This document shows positions 16,756 through 27,197 of a DNA stretch of 32,000 nucleotides, piece after piece. This DNA comes from Moraxella nasicaprae (lineage in GTDB: Bacteria; Pseudomonadota; Gammaproteobacteria; Pseudomonadales; Moraxellaceae): positions 930,001-962,000 of the forward strand of contig NZ_CP089977.1 in NCBI RefSeq assembly GCF_025643275.1, given 5' to 3'. The position numbers and the translations under genes are program-made. Below the pieces are notes generated by a model, which was given only the letters and a program-made list of their open reading frames with translations, searched no databases and was not told where the DNA came from. Each line of letters opens with the position of its first letter. Positions within the stretch are counted from its first letter, which is position 1.

Positions 16756-17514
16756 TTATTTTAAAGATAATTTGTGTAACTGGTTAATCATCAGCTCGGC
16801 ACATTTTTGCTCAGCGATACGCCGTGAGCAACCACTTTCAATGATGGGTGTGACACCCAGAACATTGACCGTGCATTTGATGATGAAAGTTTGGTCGGGA
16901 GCATTGCCTTTGGTTTCAAGCAATTCATAGACAGGCAGTGGCAAGCGATTGCCTTGTAGCAGTTCTTGAAGACGAGATTTGGCATCTTTTAGGATTTGCT
17001 CTTGACCGACTTCATCAAGTAAATTGCCATACCAAGACAATACCAAATCACGAACAAATAAGCCATCATCACTGTCCAAAAATATCGCCCCAATTAAGGC
17101 TTCAACAGCATCGGCTAAGATGGACGCTCGATGACGACCACCTCCTTTTTTTTCGCCCACGCCCAAGATAAGATGGCGAGACAGCTCCAATTTTTCGGCA
17201 ATCTGCACCAAAGTCTCTTGACGCACCAGCGTTGCTCTCATGCGTGTCAGCTTGCCTTCGTCATGCTCAGGATAACGCACAAACAGTCCCCAAGCAATGA
17301 TGGTACCCAGCAAAGCATCGCCCAAAAACTCCAAGCGTTCGTAGCTATGTTTTGGGTCATAAGAACGGTGTGTCAAAGCACGGCGTGGCAAATTTTTGTC
17401 CATAAAAGTATAGCCAAGACTTTGGCATAAAGTAGGCAAACCCTGCTCAAACTCAGCAAAATACTGCATCTGTGCCAACGCCTTGCCGCTCGTACCACCT
17501 TGATGTTTTTGCAT
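16756..17514 (-). CDS. rnc: Ribonuclease III
   Basis: LTHRSY, the signature ERLEFLGDA, RMRATLVRQETL and the dsRBD (SRRIAEQKCAE) are present. The track start 17523 is TTG and overlaps lepB. The first ATG is at 17514, 1 nt after the lepB stop. The internal ATG at MQYFAEF is also possible. Confidence 0.9.
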   Translation of the reverse strand: MQKHQGGTSGKALAQMQYFAEFEQGLPTLCQSLGYTFMDKNLPRRALTHRSYDPKHSYERLEFLGDALLGTIIAWGLFVRYPEHDEGKLTRMRATLVRQETLVQIAEKLELSRHLILGVGEKKGGGRHRASILADAVEALIGAIFLDSDDGLFVRDLVLSWYGNLLDEVGQEQILKDAKSRLQELLQGNRLPLPVYELLETKGNAPDQTFIIKCTVNVLGVTPIIESGCSRRIAEQKCAELMINQLHKLSLK

Positions 17515-17515
17515 A

Positions 17516-18604
17516 TCAGTCAATCGCCCCTACACGCTCAAAACTTGGCAATTTTAGTCCTGGCTCTTTACTCATCCAAATATAAGAGGCCTTGCCTGAC
17601 AAGTGTTTATCCGCCACAAATCCCCAAACACGACCGTCTTGGCTACGATCTCGGTTATCGCCCATCGCAAAATATTGACCTTGTGGCACGGTGATTTTCC
17701 ATTGTTTGCCAGCAGAGGCACTCAATTCAGGCGAGTTGTGTTGCAAAAATTCTGCATACGCCGCCATGTTTGCTCCTGCCAAATAACGCACTTTATACTG
17801 ATGATTATCTAGCACCTCTTGGAAATACAGGGCGTGCGGTTCTTCGCTACGACCCAACTCCATACGCTGTTCATCAGTAATCTTTTGGTCGTTGATGATT
17901 TGCGGAGCAAGATAGTCGATGTGCGACTGACTCATTTGATACTGCGTGGGAGTGGTTGGTACAGGCTTACCATTGACCGACAGCACACCATTATTAAAAC
18001 CAATCTCATCGCCTGGTAGACCAATGATACGCTTGACATAGTAAATATTTTCGTTATTAGGATAACGAAATACTGCCACATCGCCTCTTTGTGGACTGCC
18101 CGTCTCAACAATCTTGGTGTGCAACAATGGCAAACGCAAGCCATACGAAGTCTTATCCACCAAGATAAAATCGCCTGTGTACAAGGTTGGCACCATGGAG
18201 CTTGATGGGATATTAAATGGCTCAACAACAAACGAACGCACCAACACAATGACCAGCAATACTGGCAAAAATTCATACGCCCAACGAATCAACACATTGT
18301 CCGCAGGTGGATTGCCTTGCAGTTGTAGTAGCTGGGTCTGAGCCACTTGATGCTGTTGATGAGCGACACGCACCGCTTCTGGCGTGTCTTCTTTGATGAC
18401 CAAAGTATCGGCTTGCAGTTGATGTGTTTGGCACACACCATTTAGATGTGATGAACTTGATTTGACTTGCTGCTGAGCATCTTTGAGTGCTTGACTGTAT
18501 TGTTTGGTGGCACGATATTTTTTTAAAAAAAACTTATCAACCAACCAAATCAATAAAAACACCAAAGTTACTGGCACAATAATCAAATTAATATCAAAAT
18601 TCAC
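17516..18604 (-). CDS. lepB: Signal peptidase I (LepB)
   Basis: IPSSSMVPTL (catalytic Ser), YVKRIIGLPGD (catalytic Lys) and GDNRDRSQDGRVWGFV are seen. It has a GTG start with GGAGA 5 nt upstream. The N-terminus aligns with E. coli LepB TM1 (W.VDKFF). Confidence 0.9.
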   Translation of the reverse strand: MNFDINLIIVPVTLVFLLIWLVDKFFLKKYRATKQYSQALKDAQQQVKSSSSHLNGVCQTHQLQADTLVIKEDTPEAVRVAHQQHQVAQTQLLQLQGNPPADNVLIRWAYEFLPVLLVIVLVRSFVVEPFNIPSSSMVPTLYTGDFILVDKTSYGLRLPLLHTKIVETGSPQRGDVAVFRYPNNENIYYVKRIIGLPGDEIGFNNGVLSVNGKPVPTTPTQYQMSQSHIDYLAPQIINDQKITDEQRMELGRSEEPHALYFQEVLDNHQYKVRYLAGANMAAYAEFLQHNSPELSASAGKQWKITVPQGQYFAMGDNRDRSQDGRVWGFVADKHLSGKASYIWMSKEPGLKLPSFERVGAID

Positions 18605-18706
18605 CTATGTCTCCCAATTTACCAAAGTCCAAAATACGCTTTTATCTTAGCAATCATTGTTTTCTACAATATGTCCGTGCCGTAGAAAAACTTAACAAAA
18701 TCCAAC

Positions 18707-20521
18707 TTAGCCATCAACCTTCAATACCGCCAAGAACGCTTCTTGTGGGATTTCCACCGAGCCTACTTGTTTCATTCGTTTTTTGCCTGCTTTTTGTTTT
18801 TCAAGTAGCTTTTTCTTACGAGACACATCGCCACCATAGCATTTGGCAAGCACATCTTTACGCATTGCCTTAACGGTGGAGCGAGCGATGATTTGTGAGC
18901 CGATGGCAGCTTGAATGGCGACATCAAACATCTGTCTTGGGATTAGCTCTTTCATCTTTTCAACCAGCTGATTACCCCTGCGTCTTGCGTGTTCTTGATG
19001 GCAAATCATCGCCAAAGCGTCCACTTTTTCGCCATTGATAAGCACATCAATCCTTGATAATTTATCCGCTTGATAACGCTCAAAGCCATAGTCAAGCGAG
19101 GCAAAGCCACGACTTGCCGACTTTAATTTATCAAAAAAGTCCATCACCACCTCGCCCATTGGAATATCAAAGACGACTTGGACTTGACGAGCCATAAACT
19201 TCATATCCACCTGCACGCCTCGTCTTTCAATGGCAAGCGTAATCACATTGCCCAAATACTCTTGGGGGACTAAGATATGACATCGAGCAATCGGCTCACG
19301 AAACTCAGCAATCACGCCTGCATCTGGTAATTTTGACGGGTTATCCACATAGACAATCTCGCCATTTTTTTTGACCACTTCATAAATCACCGATGGGGCG
19401 GTGGTAATCAAATCAAGGTCATATTCCCTTTCAAGTCGCTCTTGAATAATCTCCATGTGAAGCATACCCAAGAAGCCACAACGAAAACCAAAGCCCAAGG
19501 CTTCTGAGGTATCAGGCTCAAAGAACAGGGCAGCGTCATTGATTTGTAGCTTTTGCAGGGCTTCACGAAACTTCTCAAAATCTGATGAATCAATCGGGAA
19601 CATACCTGCATAAACTTGCGGTGTTACCTTTTGAAAGCCTGGAATATTCTCCACCTCAGGCGTTTTGGCAAGCGTGATGGTATCGCCCACAGGTGCGCCT
19701 TGAATGTCCTTAATTCCTGCGATGACAAAACCAACCTCGCCTGCATACAGCACATCAGTTTCTAGGGATTTTGGCGTGAACACCCCGATTGAGGTCACGA
19801 TGTGCGATTCGCCCGTTGATTTGATAAAAATTTTATCGCCTTTTGCCACCGTGCCTTCTCGCACACGCACCAAAGACACCACGCCCAGATAATTATCAAA
19901 CCAAGAATCAATAATCAAGGCTTGCAGCGGAGCGTCTCTGTCGCCAACAGGGGCTGGGATTTTATCGCACAAAACTTGCAATAATTCATCAATGCCAAGC
20001 CCTGTCTTGGCAGAGACTCGTGGTGCATCTATCGCCTCAATGCCGATGATGTCCTCAATCTCTTCAATCACTCGCTCTGGTTCAACCTGCGGCAAGTCAA
20101 TTTTATTTAAAACTGGCAAGACTTCCAAGCCTTGCTCCACCGCTGTGTAGCAGTTGGCAACCGATTGAGCCTCAACGCCTTGGGCAGCATCCACGACAAG
20201 CAAAGCTCCCTCACACGCCGCCAAGCTACGAGACACTTCATAAGAAAAATCCACATGCCCTGGGGTGTCAATGAAATTGAGCTGATAACGCTCGCCATTT
20301 GGGTGGTCGTAGTGCAAAGTGACTGATTGTGCTTTGATGGTAATGCCACGCTCTCGTTCAATGTCCATACTGTCAAGGACTTGGGCTTGCATTTCTCGCT
20401 CGGACAGACCACCACAAACCTGAATAAAACGGTCGGCAAGGGTAGATTTGCCGTGGTCAATGTGGGCGATGATGGAGAAGTTGCGAATATTATTGATATT
20501 GCTAGGTTTTTTTGTGGTCAT
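18707..20521 (-). CDS. lepA: Elongation factor 4 (LepA)
   Basis: [35 protein letters not shown] and NKIDL are present, along with a LepA-specific C-terminal domain. 604 aa. Confidence 0.95.
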   Translation of the reverse strand: MTTKKPSNINNIRNFSIIAHIDHGKSTLADRFIQVCGGLSEREMQAQVLDSMDIERERGITIKAQSVTLHYDHPNGERYQLNFIDTPGHVDFSYEVSRSLAACEGALLVVDAAQGVEAQSVANCYTAVEQGLEVLPVLNKIDLPQVEPERVIEEIEDIIGIEAIDAPRVSAKTGLGIDELLQVLCDKIPAPVGDRDAPLQALIIDSWFDNYLGVVSLVRVREGTVAKGDKIFIKSTGESHIVTSIGVFTPKSLETDVLYAGEVGFVIAGIKDIQGAPVGDTITLAKTPEVENIPGFQKVTPQVYAGMFPIDSSDFEKFREALQKLQINDAALFFEPDTSEALGFGFRCGFLGMLHMEIIQERLEREYDLDLITTAPSVIYEVVKKNGEIVYVDNPSKLPDAGVIAEFREPIARCHILVPQEYLGNVITLAIERRGVQVDMKFMARQVQVVFDIPMGEVVMDFFDKLKSASRGFASLDYGFERYQADKLSRIDVLINGEKVDALAMICHQEHARRRGNQLVEKMKELIPRQMFDVAIQAAIGSQIIARSTVKAMRKDVLAKCYGGDVSRKKKLLEKQKAGKKRMKQVGSVEIPQEAFLAVLKVDG

Positions 20522-20705
20522 AAATCAAACTCATCAAGGCATCGGCAAAAACGGTCAAAAAGCGACCGCTCAATTTGGCAGAACCAATATGAATAATCAG
20601 CCAAAATTGATAAATAAATAGTTAGATATTCTACCCTAAATGATGAGTTTTCGCCATAGATAACTGATGTTTTGACTCAAAAACTTAGCTTGACTGGCAG
20701 GTATG

Positions 20706-21941
20706 CTAGTTTGAGGAATCATCTCTTGGTGGTTCACCCACTTGGGTAGCGTGCATGTAGGGTAACGCCCACGGTGATGTGCCATAAAACGAGCCGTTAA
20801 GCTGGGTTTGCTCGATGAGATATTCACGAAATTTTAGATAAAAATCATAATCAGGAGCGGTAGGGTTTTGCCAAAATAATGACAATGGCTGTTGGTCGGT
20901 CAGTCGCTCAATGTCATACAAGGCACGCCCCATGATTTTGGTCGGTTTTTTGTGATAAATCGACTGCAAACCTGTGGTACTATTGATGGTAATCATACCA
21001 ATACTATGGCGAATCAGACTAGGCAAATGCATGTCGCAACCATAAAAAGCTCGACCAGTCACACCAAGCTGATGCGACAGTCCATCAATCAATCGACGAT
21101 AGTCTCGATGCCCACGGTCTAGTGGGTGATGCTTAAAAATTATCTTAGTGTGGGCTGGTGCATGCTGAGCAAATGAAGTCATCACTTCTGTGATGAAATC
21201 ACGAATATCAGCATAATCTGAATGGTGGGTAATCTGTGAATCGTTATGAACTTGCAAACTCACCAGATAATACTGACCGCTAACTTGACCAGTCAAATAT
21301 TTTTGTAATTTTTTATCAGGATAGTATCGCCACGCTTTTCGCACAGGGGCAATCAGCCACGCCAGCATTTCTTGCCAAATGCTCAATCCACGATAATGCT
21401 CATAATGTGGATACCACCATTTGCCCATGAACACCACCGCATAATAGATGATGCTTGCCACGCACAATCGCCAAAAACGGTTAGCGGTGTACTTGGGTTT
21501 ATCACTGGCATAATCAAAACCCTCAATCAAACTGGCGTCCAACCGAGAATAACCGTTAATGCCATGTTCTTCAAGCGTGATGTAATCAGGTCGCAAATAA
21601 CCCTCTTCAAACACAAAAAACGACACACCAAGCCGACCACACACTGATTGAGCAATGGCATGATGAGGACGACAATCATTAAAACACACCACCGCCTCAA
21701 TCTGATGCTCATCAATGATTTGGGTCAAAAATGCTGAAAATTCGTCCAGCTTGCCACGAAAATTGCTCATCTGCTCTTTGTGACAATAAAAAAACGCATC
21801 GCCTGCATTGAAGTTGATTTTATGAACCTGTTTGCCACAGTCCATCAAAAAGGTTGCAAAACGACAAAAGAAAGTCCCCATTTTACCTTGTAAGAGTAAA
21901 ATGCGTCGATGGTCTAGCAATCTTTTCATGGAAGCGGACAT
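20706..21941 (-). CDS. kpsS: Capsule beta-Kdo transferase KpsS (LipB/HcsB family)
   Basis: LLLQGKMGTFF, FEEGYLRPDYITLE, YYLVSLQVHNDSQI.HHS, KHHPLDRGH and ITINSTTG are collinear with E. coli KpsS as recalled. Confidence 0.9.
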   Translation of the reverse strand: MSASMKRLLDHRRILLLQGKMGTFFCRFATFLMDCGKQVHKINFNAGDAFFYCHKEQMSNFRGKLDEFSAFLTQIIDEHQIEAVVCFNDCRPHHAIAQSVCGRLGVSFFVFEEGYLRPDYITLEEHGINGYSRLDASLIEGFDYASDKPKYTANRFWRLCVASIIYYAVVFMGKWWYPHYEHYRGLSIWQEMLAWLIAPVRKAWRYYPDKKLQKYLTGQVSGQYYLVSLQVHNDSQITHHSDYADIRDFITEVMTSFAQHAPAHTKIIFKHHPLDRGHRDYRRLIDGLSHQLGVTGRAFYGCDMHLPSLIRHSIGMITINSTTGLQSIYHKKPTKIMGRALYDIERLTDQQPLSLFWQNPTAPDYDFYLKFREYLIEQTQLNGSFYGTSPWALPYMHATQVGEPPRDDSSN

Positions 21942-22107
21942 AACACCACCCGAACCAACTTAGGTACAATCTTTTTTTAAAAGCGACACACATCGCAATG
22001 TGTGATTGATTGTATCATATTTGGGCAAAAGATTTTTTATCAAATCGTAAATAATGAATCACTTTTTATTGATGATGGTGTCTTTGCGACAAATCGTATG
22101 CACAAGA

Positions 22108-24366
22108 TTACTTGCCAAGTGCCTGACGGATTTTTTGCAAATAAATTTTTCTACCTTTCATAAAGGCGGTCTTGGCAGTTTGGCTGATTTGCTTGCCCAA
22201 TGATGGTGTTGATTTGGCGTGCTTATCATCATACAAATAAGCAATGGCCTGCTCAACCGTCGCCAGCCCATAGCCGTGTGGCAAGGCATAAATCGGATAC
22301 TCAATCAACACACCATACACAAGCTCAGTCAGACTCAACGGTGTGGCTCGTTGTCGTCTGGTCATCGCTGCAATCTTAGGAGCGTTGTCAGCTTCTATCA
22401 CATCTTGGGTCAAGCCAAAACCTGCATAAAACGGCAATCCATAACACACCACCGTCAAGCCACGAAGCAAAGCCTCAAATCCTGTCAGAGAGCTGATGGT
22501 ATGCACCACTTGTGCCACTGCCAAACAATCAGGCATTGCCACATCCACCGCCACAAAATCCGCCAATGCTCTGGTAGCAGCATCGACTTGCCCCACTCGC
22601 AAGCCAGCCTCCACATCAGGGTGTGGCTTATAAATGATGATGTCATCAGGATAGTCGGTTCGCACTTGGGTTAATAATTGGCTATTTGTACAAATTAAGC
22701 TGGTACATTGACGCACAGACGCATCATCTTCAACTTGCCCAACCACCAATCGCACTGTGGCAGATGGTTTGGCAAGTTTGGCAGCATGAATCTGAGCAGA
22801 TAGATGCTCTGGCAGTGCTTGACCGACATTGTACTTACTGACTTTTTTTGTCAGCAAAGTTTGGATTAACGCATCAGCTCTTTGGTGCTGCGTCTCATTA
22901 AGATGAATATTTGCTAAAATCTGTTCTAATCTAGATGTTTGGGTTGCATCGTAATAAATGCCCAAATCATCAAGCACCACCGAAACAGGCTCCAATAAAG
23001 TCGCCCCCAGACCATTGGAGCGAATAAAGCCATCTTCCATGCACACAATCTGTCGATGCTTGGTGTGATGCTGTGTCAATTTATCCGCCAAAGCCATCTT
23101 GGCTGGCAGTCCCCACACCAAATAACAATCAGCATATTTTGCCAACGCCATCTGTTCATCTCGTGCCACACGGCGTGCGTTAAGGCGATTGCTAAACAGC
23201 AGTCTAAGTTTGGTTTTGGGTTTAAATAGCAAGGTTGTCTGTGGTAATTGCATGAACCGCTTGACAAATGGCACTTTCCAGCGGCTAAACTCATACGCCA
23301 TCATCACACCTTGATGGCGAATTTGATGTTTCTTATTATCGCACAGATATTGCACCACCTCTTCGATGTCGCAGGATTTGGCGGTGGCAGGATTGGCGTA
23401 GTGGCTATAATCAATGTATGCTGCAAAAAACAGTTGTGCCACACTTGGCATACTGCTACGGCGAGTTTTGGCTTGGGCATACAGCTTGGCAAGCGATGGC
23501 ATTTGCATCAAATAAGCATCATTGGTCTGTCCAAATCCAGCATACCAACTAACCCCAAAACAATGCACGACCTTATTGAGCAATAAAGCCTCAAAGCCCA
23601 AATGCGAACTGACAGTATAGACAGTTTGAACTTGTTTGAGTAAAGCAATCGGATTGATGGCTTGACTTAGGACTTGGATTTGACCATCATCTAGATAATG
23701 ACTGTTCAATGCCTGCATGACTTGGGGCAATAACTGACCATCTTCACCCACCAAAAACCCCAATTTGGCGGCTGGATGTGCCTTGATAAGAATCTTGGCA
23801 TCAGGATTTTGCTGGCAGGCGGCGATTAGCATGGACACAAAGTCTGCCTGTGTTGCACCAGCACCAGCAATAGACGCATCGCCAAACACTTGGTCAATGA
23901 CCAAAACCAATCGCCCTGCTGCCAAAGTTGGGCTGGGCAAGGCAGGATTATACTTGGAAATCTCTTCTTCGGTCAGCGTCTTAATCAAAGCATCGGCACG
24001 ATTTTGATGACTTAAATCCCAATTCATCGTCCGCCAAGCAATCAAAGATTCTAAGCGTGATGCTTGTCTGGCATCAAAATACACGCCCACATCATCTAAA
24101 ACAAAACTTGCCCCAAATCGACTTAACACCCCGCCATCAAGCGAACGCAAAAAGCCATCTTCTGCCGTCCATAGTGGCAAGCCCAACTTATCAGCGAGCA
24201 ATCGAGCTTTTTTGGCTGATGGCCTTTGTCCCCAAGCCAAGATTGCCTGTGGTGTGTTTTTGGCTTGATAAAGTGCAATATCAGCTTGCAAGGCAGTGGC
24301 AAGCAGACGATTATTATTCAAAATCCCCTGCGTTGCCACCGCAAAATGACTTGGTTTTTTCATCAT
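22108..24366 (-). CDS. kpsC: Capsule beta-Kdo transferase KpsC (LipA/HcsA family), two-domain
   Basis: An internal duplication is visible. The N-half reads WGQRPSAKKA...LWTAEDGFLRS...VLDDVGVYFDARQASRLE. The C-half reads VWGLPAK...VCMEDGFIRS...VLDDLGIYYDATQTSRLE. The ATG at 24364-24366 shares its A with the kpsD TGA stop. The track start is GTG at 24369. Confidence 0.9.
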   Translation of the reverse strand: MMKKPSHFAVATQGILNNNRLLATALQADIALYQAKNTPQAILAWGQRPSAKKARLLADKLGLPLWTAEDGFLRSLDGGVLSRFGASFVLDDVGVYFDARQASRLESLIAWRTMNWDLSHQNRADALIKTLTEEEISKYNPALPSPTLAAGRLVLVIDQVFGDASIAGAGATQADFVSMLIAACQQNPDAKILIKAHPAAKLGFLVGEDGQLLPQVMQALNSHYLDDGQIQVLSQAINPIALLKQVQTVYTVSSHLGFEALLLNKVVHCFGVSWYAGFGQTNDAYLMQMPSLAKLYAQAKTRRSSMPSVAQLFFAAYIDYSHYANPATAKSCDIEEVVQYLCDNKKHQIRHQGVMMAYEFSRWKVPFVKRFMQLPQTTLLFKPKTKLRLLFSNRLNARRVARDEQMALAKYADCYLVWGLPAKMALADKLTQHHTKHRQIVCMEDGFIRSNGLGATLLEPVSVVLDDLGIYYDATQTSRLEQILANIHLNETQHQRADALIQTLLTKKVSKYNVGQALPEHLSAQIHAAKLAKPSATVRLVVGQVEDDASVRQCTSLICTNSQLLTQVRTDYPDDIIIYKPHPDVEAGLRVGQVDAATRALADFVAVDVAMPDCLAVAQVVHTISSLTGFEALLRGLTVVCYGLPFYAGFGLTQDVIEADNAPKIAAMTRRQRATPLSLTELVYGVLIEYPIYALPHGYGLATVEQAIAYLYDDKHAKSTPSLGKQISQTAKTAFMKGRKIYLQKIRQALGK

Positions 24367-26078
24367 CACAATGCTGCAATCACACCAGCCGCCACCGCAA
24401 TTTGATAAATGATTTGGCTTAAACCACGAGTGATTTCAACACGGCGAGTTTTAATTTTTGGTAATACCATAATCTCATCGCCTTGCTGGATACGATACGC
24501 TTCATTCACAACAATGGTTTCGCCGTTTTGGTGCATGACTAAGATATTTTCTTTATCAGCATTATCATCAAAACCACCAGACTTAGCAATATAATCGGCT
24601 ACTGTCAAAGTCTCATCAAAACTAAACGCCCCTTGGGCTCTAACCTGACCATTGACCGTGATGACAGAAGTTTGCTCTGGAATGTGAATGATGTCGCCTT
24701 GCTGCAAAATAATGTCCTGCCAAGAATTTGGCACAACCACGATACGCCCTGTTGGCTCAACGTTGCGTGCTTTGGCAATAAACTGCTCCACAAGTTTGGC
24801 ATCATCTTGACGAAGTTGTGCCTCCTCTCGTGTGGTTGATTGGGTTGCCAGCGTCATCTCTGATAGACGGTCTAAGGCCTGATTGATGGCTTGCTTTTGT
24901 TGTCCAGCAATCGATTTGCGATAGATGGATAGATTGTTAAGATTGGCAAGACTTGATGGTTCAAGCTGAGCGATGATGTCTTTTAGTCTAGCACCATGTG
25001 GCAAAACCACCGCCCCATTACCACGATGAGCACCTGTCACCTGCACCGCAATCGTCCCTGCGTATCTATCTGAGGTCACCACCAAATGATCGCCATGATG
25101 CACAGGCACTTTGGCTGCGTCCGCCAATGAATAATATTCAGCGGTCTGTGCCTTGCCAGCTGCACGAGTGATGCTGATGTTGGTTGCGTCCGCCAATGGA
25201 TTAGCAACCGACATCACATCAGCCACCGTCAGATGACCCACATTATATTCAAACACATATTCATTTTGCACTTTGCCAGAAATGCTAAAAGTCTTCTTTT
25301 GTGGAGCAACGGTAATCACATCGCCATCACGAAATGCAAATGGTTGCAAACGACCTGCAATCAAAAAATCATACAGATTGACCTGCTGAACCACTTGTCC
25401 ATTGCGACGAATCTGAATGTCAATATAGCTGCCACGCTCAGGGTCCACACCACCTGCACGGTCAAGATATGACAACACAGAGTCTGCCGCCAAACCGCCA
25501 TAATAACCTGGCTGATTGACAAAACCTGTCACAAATACTTTCACAGGCTGAGCCTGCTCCAAGGACGCATACACGCCAACATTAGAACGATAAATGCGAG
25601 CAATGGCATTTTGTACCACAGATTGTAGCTGAGCATTTTGAATGCCTGCAACACGCACAGGTCCAACATTTGGCAAGAAAATATTACCCTGAGGATCTAC
25701 GGTCGAGGTTGCCGCATATTGATACGCTCCCCACATTCTGACTTGCACATTATCGCCTGCATTGATGACATAGCTGTCATTAAAGGTTGAGCCAGAAGTG
25801 GTTGAAAACGCCCCACGAAATAGCTGTTCGCCAAAAATTTTTGGCTTGCTCGATTGAGCTTTGGCGATTTGCTGATAAGCACTGCTGTTGTTAATGATGG
25901 CGTTACTATTTAGGCTGGCAGCCGCCACTGCTTCGGTAGCTGTCGCCTCTGATGGTACTTGCCCTGACTGCACCGCCACTGACAAGCGACCTGTATTATC
26001 ACTACTGGCAAAATTTGCCTGAGCATTCATCGCAACCACCAAGGCGGTCAATAAAAAACTGCTTTTTTTCATAATCAT
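24366..26078 (-). CDS. kpsD: Capsule polysaccharide export outer-membrane/periplasmic protein KpsD (OPX family)
   Basis: 570 aa, with signal peptide MKKSSFLLTALVVAMNAQA. It has a Poly_export-like region (INAGDNVQVRMWG...DPQGNIFLPNVGPVRVAG) followed by repeated SLBB-like segments. The size matches E. coli KpsD (about 558 aa) rather than CtrA/Wza. Confidence 0.85.
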   Translation of the reverse strand: MIMKKSSFLLTALVVAMNAQANFASSDNTGRLSVAVQSGQVPSEATATEAVAAASLNSNAIINNSSAYQQIAKAQSSKPKIFGEQLFRGAFSTTSGSTFNDSYVINAGDNVQVRMWGAYQYAATSTVDPQGNIFLPNVGPVRVAGIQNAQLQSVVQNAIARIYRSNVGVYASLEQAQPVKVFVTGFVNQPGYYGGLAADSVLSYLDRAGGVDPERGSYIDIQIRRNGQVVQQVNLYDFLIAGRLQPFAFRDGDVITVAPQKKTFSISGKVQNEYVFEYNVGHLTVADVMSVANPLADATNISITRAAGKAQTAEYYSLADAAKVPVHHGDHLVVTSDRYAGTIAVQVTGAHRGNGAVVLPHGARLKDIIAQLEPSSLANLNNLSIYRKSIAGQQKQAINQALDRLSEMTLATQSTTREEAQLRQDDAKLVEQFIAKARNVEPTGRIVVVPNSWQDIILQQGDIIHIPEQTSVITVNGQVRAQGAFSFDETLTVADYIAKSGGFDDNADKENILVMHQNGETIVVNEAYRIQQGDEIMVLPKIKTRRVEITRGLSQIIYQIAVAAGVIAAL

Positions 26079-26093
26079 TACTCGGTCATTACC

Positions 26094-27197
26094 TTACTTG
26101 CCGTGGTCTCGAATGATGGCCAAAATCAACACCACAAAACCATACAAAATCAATAAAAACGCCAAAGAAGTGCCAATCACATAATGCACTCGTGGATATT
26201 TGGCTTCTTGGGCTTTATGTGGCGATGAAATGATGATGAGATTTTTCATCTTACGAATCGCCTCAATGCGAGAATTTTCCAGCGAAGTCAAGGCAAGTTT
26301 ATACAATTCATTAGCAAATTCAACATCTGCTTTCATCGCTTCAAATTGAACGGTTTGCTGATTTAATTTACTGTCTTTTGGTGAGGTTAATTTTGACTGC
26401 TCTTCTTGAATCTGTTTTTCTACCGAAGCGATTTGGCTACGCAAACTCACCACTTGTGGTGCTTCTGGATTTAGGTAGCTGAGCAGCTGGCGTTCTTCGG
26501 TACGCAATGTACTCAACTGATTTTGCAAATTTGCCAATACTTGATTGACAATTTGGGCATTCATTTGTGGATCAAAAATCTGATTACTGTTCTGATAATC
26601 CAGCAATTTATTTTTGGCAACATTCAGTCTGGCCTCAGCATCTGTCACTTGCGTGGTCACAAACGCAAGCTGCTCACTGGCAACCTGTTTGGAAATGTCA
26701 TTCACAAATTTTTCTGACTCTCCCAAAATGGCACGATTTAGCTCCAATGCAAATTCGGGTGTAAAGCCCTGAGTGGTCAGCGTCAATACCGAACTTTGTT
26801 CATCAAGACTGACCGAAACTCGTTTTTTAAAATAGCGAATCAACTCTTCTTGGCTGGCGTCCTGCTTAATTTCATTGAAAAAATCATCGCCATTAACACG
26901 AAAACTTTTACGAAAATCAAAGCGTTCATCTAACTTGGCAATCATATCATTAGATAAGATATATTCTGTCAAATAAATGGCGTCATCACGATTGGTATTA
27001 TTCACCCCAAGCAGTGCCGATATGCCTGTACCGCCAGCATTTTGCTCACTAACCTGCTTAATGACCACATTCGAAGTGCTGACATAGCGTGGATTGGCAA
27101 ATGCCAGCATATAGCAAATGATTGCAACCCAAGGTACTACAACCAGTAGAACAAACAATCCCTGATTGATTCTTTTATTTCTTAGCTTGATGGACAT
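26094..27197 (-). CDS. kpsE: Capsule export inner-membrane adaptor KpsE/CtrB (PCP-3)
   Basis: 367 aa. There is an N-terminal TM (LFVLLVVVPWVAIICYMLAF), a coiled-coil-rich periplasmic domain and a C-terminal TM (SLAFLLILYGFVVLILAII). It overlaps the kpsT end by 23 nt. Confidence 0.85.
   Translation of the reverse strand: MSIKLRNKRINQGLFVLLVVVPWVAIICYMLAFANPRYVSTSNVVIKQVSEQNAGGTGISALLGVNNTNRDDAIYLTEYILSNDMIAKLDERFDFRKSFRVNGDDFFNEIKQDASQEELIRYFKKRVSVSLDEQSSVLTLTTQGFTPEFALELNRAILGESEKFVNDISKQVASEQLAFVTTQVTDAEARLNVAKNKLLDYQNSNQIFDPQMNAQIVNQVLANLQNQLSTLRTEERQLLSYLNPEAPQVVSLRSQIASVEKQIQEEQSKLTSPKDSKLNQQTVQFEAMKADVEFANELYKLALTSLENSRIEAIRKMKNLIIISSPHKAQEAKYPRVHYVIGTSLAFLLILYGFVVLILAIIRDHGK

Noticed and set aside
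24355-26069. Homopolymer tracts at the 5' ends of capsule genes (A7 after the kpsD ATG at 26063-26069, A6 after the kpsC ATG at 24355-24360), considered as phase-variation switches.
   Set aside because: The tracts are 6-7 nt and arise from the Lys-Lys codons of signal-peptide-like N-termini. They are shorter than the tracts (about 8-9 nt or more) that usually give high-frequency slippage.
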